From an uncultured Pseudomonadota bacterium (GTDB taxonomy: Bacteria; Oederibacteriota; Muellerivitia; Muellerivitales; Muellerivitaceae), in NCBI GenBank assembly GCA_963836235.1, contig CAWIIP010000002.1:832001-896000 (forward strand): a stretch of DNA of 64,000 nucleotides, in the 5' to 3' direction. The position numbers and the translations under genes were made by a program. Positions 59,521-64,000 of this stretch are shown piece after piece (position 1 is the stretch's first letter; every line of letters starts with the position of its first letter). The notes under the pieces were generated by a model. It saw only the letters and a program-made list of their open reading frames with translations. It searched no databases and had not been told where the DNA came from.

Positions 59521-61612
59521 TCAGGTTCCGGCTTGGAAAAACCCCAGAAGATTGGAGACTGGCGCCCTTCTAACAGCGGGTTGGAAACGCAAAAGATAGA
59601 TTCCACTCCCACCCTTGAGGACCAGGGGATCGGTCCAACGCTGGATAAAGTGGTCAAGTTTTTCCACCTCTTGGGCGTGAAGATTAGAAAAAGCCCCTTG
59701 CCCATAAATGCGTTTTCCTTCCTCGCCGGATACCACCAGGGCGTCTATCCCCATTTCATGCAGTCTTTTCCCAATACCATCCCCATCCATTTCCTGCCTC
59801 GCCAGCTTCGGCAAAACCTGTTCGTCAAAAACGCTGTTGGTATAAAAGGGAAGGGGATAATAAAGGCCCCGGGCATCCCCCACCACCAACACTTGATCCC
59901 CCGGCGGCAAAAGCTTCCCGGCCAATTGAGCGAGGCCGAAATAAGAGGATGTCTGCGGGGCCTGGCTAAGATATTCCGAACGCGTCTGTTCCCCGAACCA
60001 AACCTTGTCGCTATGGTAATAATTAACGCTTAATCGGCAGAGGGAAAGAAAGCTAGCGAGGCCAAAGACTAGCGCCGCCCAGGCCCCTATCGAAACCAGC
60101 TTTTCCTTTTTGAGTTCCCCTAAAACCAACCCGAAGGCGCTCAAGACTGTCACAAAGACGGGAATCATCAGCCTTAATTGATGGGAGACGAGGAACCCCA
60201 GCACCAGCCACAAACCGCTGAGAACCAACATGAACTGGGTGACAGGTTTTCGGTCGCCCTTCAAAAAAAGAAAAGGAATAAATCCAAAGATCAAAGGAGC
60301 TATCGTTTTGTCCAAATCTTTGGATAGCACTTGGAACAGCCAGGTTCCTAGTGAGAAATTCCCGTTCAAAACCGCTTCGTGATCTCCCATCAGCGCACCC
60401 ATGTTTTCAGTGGGAAAGGGACGAGCCGCCAAACAACGAGGAAAGATAGGGATAAAAGGGGTTCACCGTATAAGCGACATTTCTTAAAAGCCAAGGAACA
60501 AGGGAAAGTATTCCAAGGGATAACATCCATAACCATCCCCCGATTCTTTTGCCCTTCCAAAGGCCATCGAAGAAAAATAAGGAGATCAGTCCCCCTAAAA
60601 GAACACCAAGGATCGCGGTGTACTTAACCGTCAACGCGGCCCCTCCCAAAAGCCCCGCCGCCGCCGCCCAAGCCAGGGAGGGTTTTTCCCGGGCCCAACG
60701 GACTAAGGCGTAAAAGAAGAGAATTAAAAAAAAGGCCAGCAATAGGTCGTTCTGCGTGGTCCAAACGGTGGCCGAAACCAAAGGAAGGGTCAAAACCATG
60801 GCCCCCGTAAGCCATCCGCATTCCAGATTTGTTTCCTCCGCTACCCAGCCCGCGGCGGCCAAGCCGCAGAGATCCGCGGCAAAAGTGTTTAACAGCTTGG
60901 CGGCTTCGCTTCCCCCGAAAATAAAGCCGTTGAAAAAGTAAAGTTCCCCGCCGAAAGGATAATAGGAATAAAGATTGGTGTAAAAATCGGCGATGCCATG
61001 GTGGTACCGCCAAAACTCGAGAGTAGAAAGATGGTAAACCAAAGCGTCAAAGTAAACGTCGGGAACCGCCCCTTGAAGAAGAGCCAAAAGGAAGCAAGCC
61101 ATTCCCAATCCACCCAAGGCCAAAGTAAGCCTGCCGGGGGGGCGAAGCCGGGGAAGTCTTTGGATCTTCATAAAGCCTTGGAAAAAATCCAAGAGAGCCC
61201 ATCCCAAAAGGGCTAAAGCCAGGAAACCTAAAAGAAGGGGCCACCAAAGGCCGTTGAGCCCCAAACCTAACCACAAGCCATTGAGAAGAAGTATCCCGAA
61301 AGCCATCTCCACGCAAAAACGGATAGGGTTATGGGTGATAGCCAATCCCAACCACCCCACCAACTTCCGTCCCGCGCGCCAAAGAATGAAGGCCGCCCCC
61401 AGGGCCATCCCGATCGTCTTGAGGAAGTGGAACCCATTAGCCGCCATCTTGGCTAGGCTCGCCTGGTTAAAACCCGCCAGAACCTTGGAAACAAATGAAA
61501 AGTCAGAGATCGAAGCCCAAGAAAAATAATGGGCGAATACCAAAAAGAACCAAACCATAAACGCGCCACAAAGGAGCCTTTGGGACATCGTTATTTTGGT
61601 AGGGATTGTCAT
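59521..61612 (-). pseudogene. GT-C-like polytopic membrane protein (ArnT/PMT-like glycosyltransferase) split by a frameshift near 60415
   Basis: ORFs 60407-61612 (DALVYHL, ND, VKYT, PWLLRN...NPFYP) and 59521-60432 (QLRLMIP) join into one ~690-aa protein. Confidence 0.7.
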
Positions 61613-61646
61613 AAAGTAATTATGCCTTATTTCACCAGATGTCGAA

Positions 61647-63128
61647 TTACTTTTGAGAACCGGGTTTAAAGGCGTCCATCACTTCTTTAAATATCTCGAA
61701 AGAATGATTGGCCGCTATTCCATCCTTATAGTTTCCTCCGGTTAAAACACAAACCAAATCCAACCCTGGAACGATAAAGATATGTTGTCCCCCCACGCCC
61801 CAAGCGTCCAAAACCCGTAGTTTTCTTCCATTCCAATCGGCGTCCCTTTCCCACCATAAGTAACCATAGTCGGATTTCTTGTCTGTCCTTGGACTTAGGA
61901 CATGCGGCGCCGTGGATTCACGAATCCACTGTTCCGGAACTACCTGCCGCCCTTTCCAATTTCCATTTTCTAAAACCAGCCAACCGATCTTCGCCATGTC
62001 GCGGGGCCTCAAAGCCAGCCCAAAGGCAGGACAATGGATGCCTTGGGGGCCTTCCCACCAAGGAGGACGCTTTATCCCCAACGGGTCAAAAAGGAACTTT
62101 TGGGCATAATCCGCCAATGTTAATCCGCTTTGTTTTTCGAGAATAGCTTCTAAGGGAGTGAGGCAGGCACCGCAATAGGCGAAATGGGAACCCGGCTTTT
62201 CATTCAATGGAAGGGAAAGGGAAAAATCCAGCCAATCCGGCGAGGCAACCATGGGCCAGGAACAGTCCTTCGCGTCTTTGGAATCATCGCAGCCCAAACC
62301 GGATGTCATCGTGAGAAGGTTTTCCAAACTGATCCCGTCTTTGCGGGGGTCCCAATTGGACTGGGAGCGATAGGAGGGGAAAAAATCGTAAAGCTTTTGG
62401 GAAGCACAGCAAAGACCTTGGGTTTCGGCAACTCCAAAGAGAAGGGAGAAAACCGGTTTCGTGATGGACTGGACCGGATGGGCATCATCCGGCCCATAAC
62501 CGTAGAAATACTCCTCCAATACCAGCTTCCCATCCTTGACGGCTAAAAGGCTGTGGACGTAAGGAAAATCCGGTCTTAGAAGTTTCTGAACTGTCTTCTC
62601 GATTTTTTTAACATCCGCATTTGTTTTCCTTAAGTCCCCCGATTCCCACCCGTCTGAAAGGTCTTTCGGCGGTTCATAGGTATATTCGTTTTGCCCCTCA
62701 GAAGGCCCGAGCCGGGGGTGGAGGAAATCTTCGCACCTCTTCAGTGTAACCGGATAGGTCTTTCCTTCCCCGACAAGGCTCTGTTGGGAATCCTTTCCGG
62801 GCCCCTGATAAAAAGACCCGGTGAGAAAGTCCCCCGATTCATCCGGTTTCAATTCCAGGGTTCCGCCACCCGCCGTTTGAGCCTTAAGGGAATTCCCTTC
62901 CCTTGAAACAATCGTCAAGGGTTCGGCATGGATTCCATCATCGATATTGTGATATTCCCCTTCACTTGGCCCCAGGACAAAGGCAACCCGGAAGCGGTTG
63001 GAACCCACTCCCATGGACCCTTCCCAGGTCCCCCTCAGGTCGGCGGTGGAAGGAGGTCCGGCGAAAAACAGCCAAGGCATTAGAAAGGCGGGAACAAAAA
63101 AAGAAATAACTTTCCAGTGCGTTGCCAT
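61647..63128 (-). CDS. Serine hydrolase, beta-lactamase class C/NylB-like family
   Basis: SITK (SxxK), LLTMTSGL, RPRDMAKIG, YGYLWW, G.GGQ. Confidence 0.92.
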   Translation of the reverse strand: MATHWKVISFFVPAFLMPWLFFAGPPSTADLRGTWEGSMGVGSNRFRVAFVLGPSEGEYHNIDDGIHAEPLTIVSREGNSLKAQTAGGGTLELKPDESGDFLTGSFYQGPGKDSQQSLVGEGKTYPVTLKRCEDFLHPRLGPSEGQNEYTYEPPKDLSDGWESGDLRKTNADVKKIEKTVQKLLRPDFPYVHSLLAVKDGKLVLEEYFYGYGPDDAHPVQSITKPVFSLLFGVAETQGLCCASQKLYDFFPSYRSQSNWDPRKDGISLENLLTMTSGLGCDDSKDAKDCSWPMVASPDWLDFSLSLPLNEKPGSHFAYCGACLTPLEAILEKQSGLTLADYAQKFLFDPLGIKRPPWWEGPQGIHCPAFGLALRPRDMAKIGWLVLENGNWKGRQVVPEQWIRESTAPHVLSPRTDKKSDYGYLWWERDADWNGRKLRVLDAWGVGGQHIFIVPGLDLVCVLTGGNYKDGIAANHSFEIFKEVMDAFKPGSQK

Positions 63129-63220
63129 AGCCCTATTAAAATCGAAAAAACACTGAAGCGCCAGGATCCATACCCGCGCCAACTGAAGAAAAACCGCAAA
63201 CGCAGGCGTTCTGATCCGGA

Positions 63221-64000
63221 TTAGTTCTGTTGAACCGGGGCGTTATCGTCGCTGTAATTCAAAGGGTTGCCCTGGTCGTCGAAAACGTCGTAGGTTCCGT
63301 CGCTCAAAGTCAGCAAGATTTGAAGCGGGCTCCCGTCGCTGTTATCGGAAAATTGAACATTCGTAACCTGCGACGCCAGATAAATAGGATTGAAAGAGGG
63401 CGGGATAGCGTTATCAAACAAGAAACTGTCCCCTCCCCCCAATACTTTGACCGTACGGGTCCCGTCCGGACTGCGGTAAACCGTCGCCGTTCCCGGCTGA
63501 ACCGTAGTCACCACCGCGTCTTTGGACGAATCGCAGGGAATATACTGGTCCCCGTTGTAATCGTAGAGATAAAGGTCACCCACGTGGTCGGGATCCTGCC
63601 ACCACCAATAGCCACTGTCCCAGAAACACCAACGGTCCAGGTTGTCGTCATAGAACCACCAACGTTCGGCGTAAAAGCGGGTCCAAAAGCAGTCGTCCCC
63701 CGCGTACCAGCCGTACCAGTGGTAACCCCAGCTGTCCACGTAATGGCAGTAATTAAAACTCTCACCGGTGTGCCAATAATAATGGCCGGCACGAGTTTCG
63801 GATGTGGTCGTTCGAGCCAATTCGTCATTAAGCGTTCCACTGCTGATGTAGGCCATTTGGGCCGTCACCACCTGGTTGCCCAGGTCTTTGCGGCCTAGCA
63901 GGGTAGTGTTGAGTGGCTGGTGGTCGGGGCCTTTTTGAGGGAAACGAATGGTGGAATGCAGGTTGTCCGCGTCCAACATGTTCCGGCGGTCGGTAATGTA
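63221..64000 (-). CDS. Hypothetical Trp/Tyr-rich protein; 5' end outside the window
   Basis: Frame is open to the window edge; YYWH..YCHYVDSWGYHWYGWY..WWFYD..YWWWQDP. Confidence 0.75.
   Translation of the reverse strand, partial: YITDRRNMLDADNLHSTIRFPQKGPDHQPLNTTLLGRKDLGNQVVTAQMAYISSGTLNDELARTTTSETRAGHYYWHTGESFNYCHYVDSWGYHWYGWYAGDDCFWTRFYAERWWFYDDNLDRWCFWDSGYWWWQDPDHVGDLYLYDYNGDQYIPCDSSKDAVVTTVQPGTATVYRSPDGTRTVKVLGGGDSFLFDNAIPPSFNPIYLASQVTNVQFSDNSDGSPLQILLTLSDGTYDVFDDQGNPLNYSDDNAPVQQN

Overview
A 64-kb bacterial chromosomal window, mostly minus-strand genes, from a diderm organism. Thr/Pro-rich linkers and FlgD/T9SS-like C-terminal domains suggest a candidate lineage such as FCPU426; this is inference only. 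Core genes: nrdJ (class II RNR, with a sigma70 promoter and NrdR box), pgi, an IscS-like desulfurase, comEC, an HU/IHF gene and glmU-prs-rplY-pth. Also present: two GH2 glycosidases, a P450, a GAF/PAS phosphorelay, an SBP-MCP pair, and an ECF sigma/anti-sigma/CpxP-like/TolC/RND locus. The region at about 9.6-16.3 kb is an accessory patchwork. It holds two cargo segments each bracketed by ~150-bp diverged duplicates of gene fragments, a decayed VapBC pair, and a low-GC three-gene cassette (Cys coiled-coil protein, DUF6338-like membrane protein, Pro-rich peptide) behind a perfect 38-bp palindrome. Several families of REP/MITE-like palindromes are scattered through the window, and two copies appear to be translated as part of protein N-termini. 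I found no rRNA, tRNA, CRISPR array, integrase or transposase.
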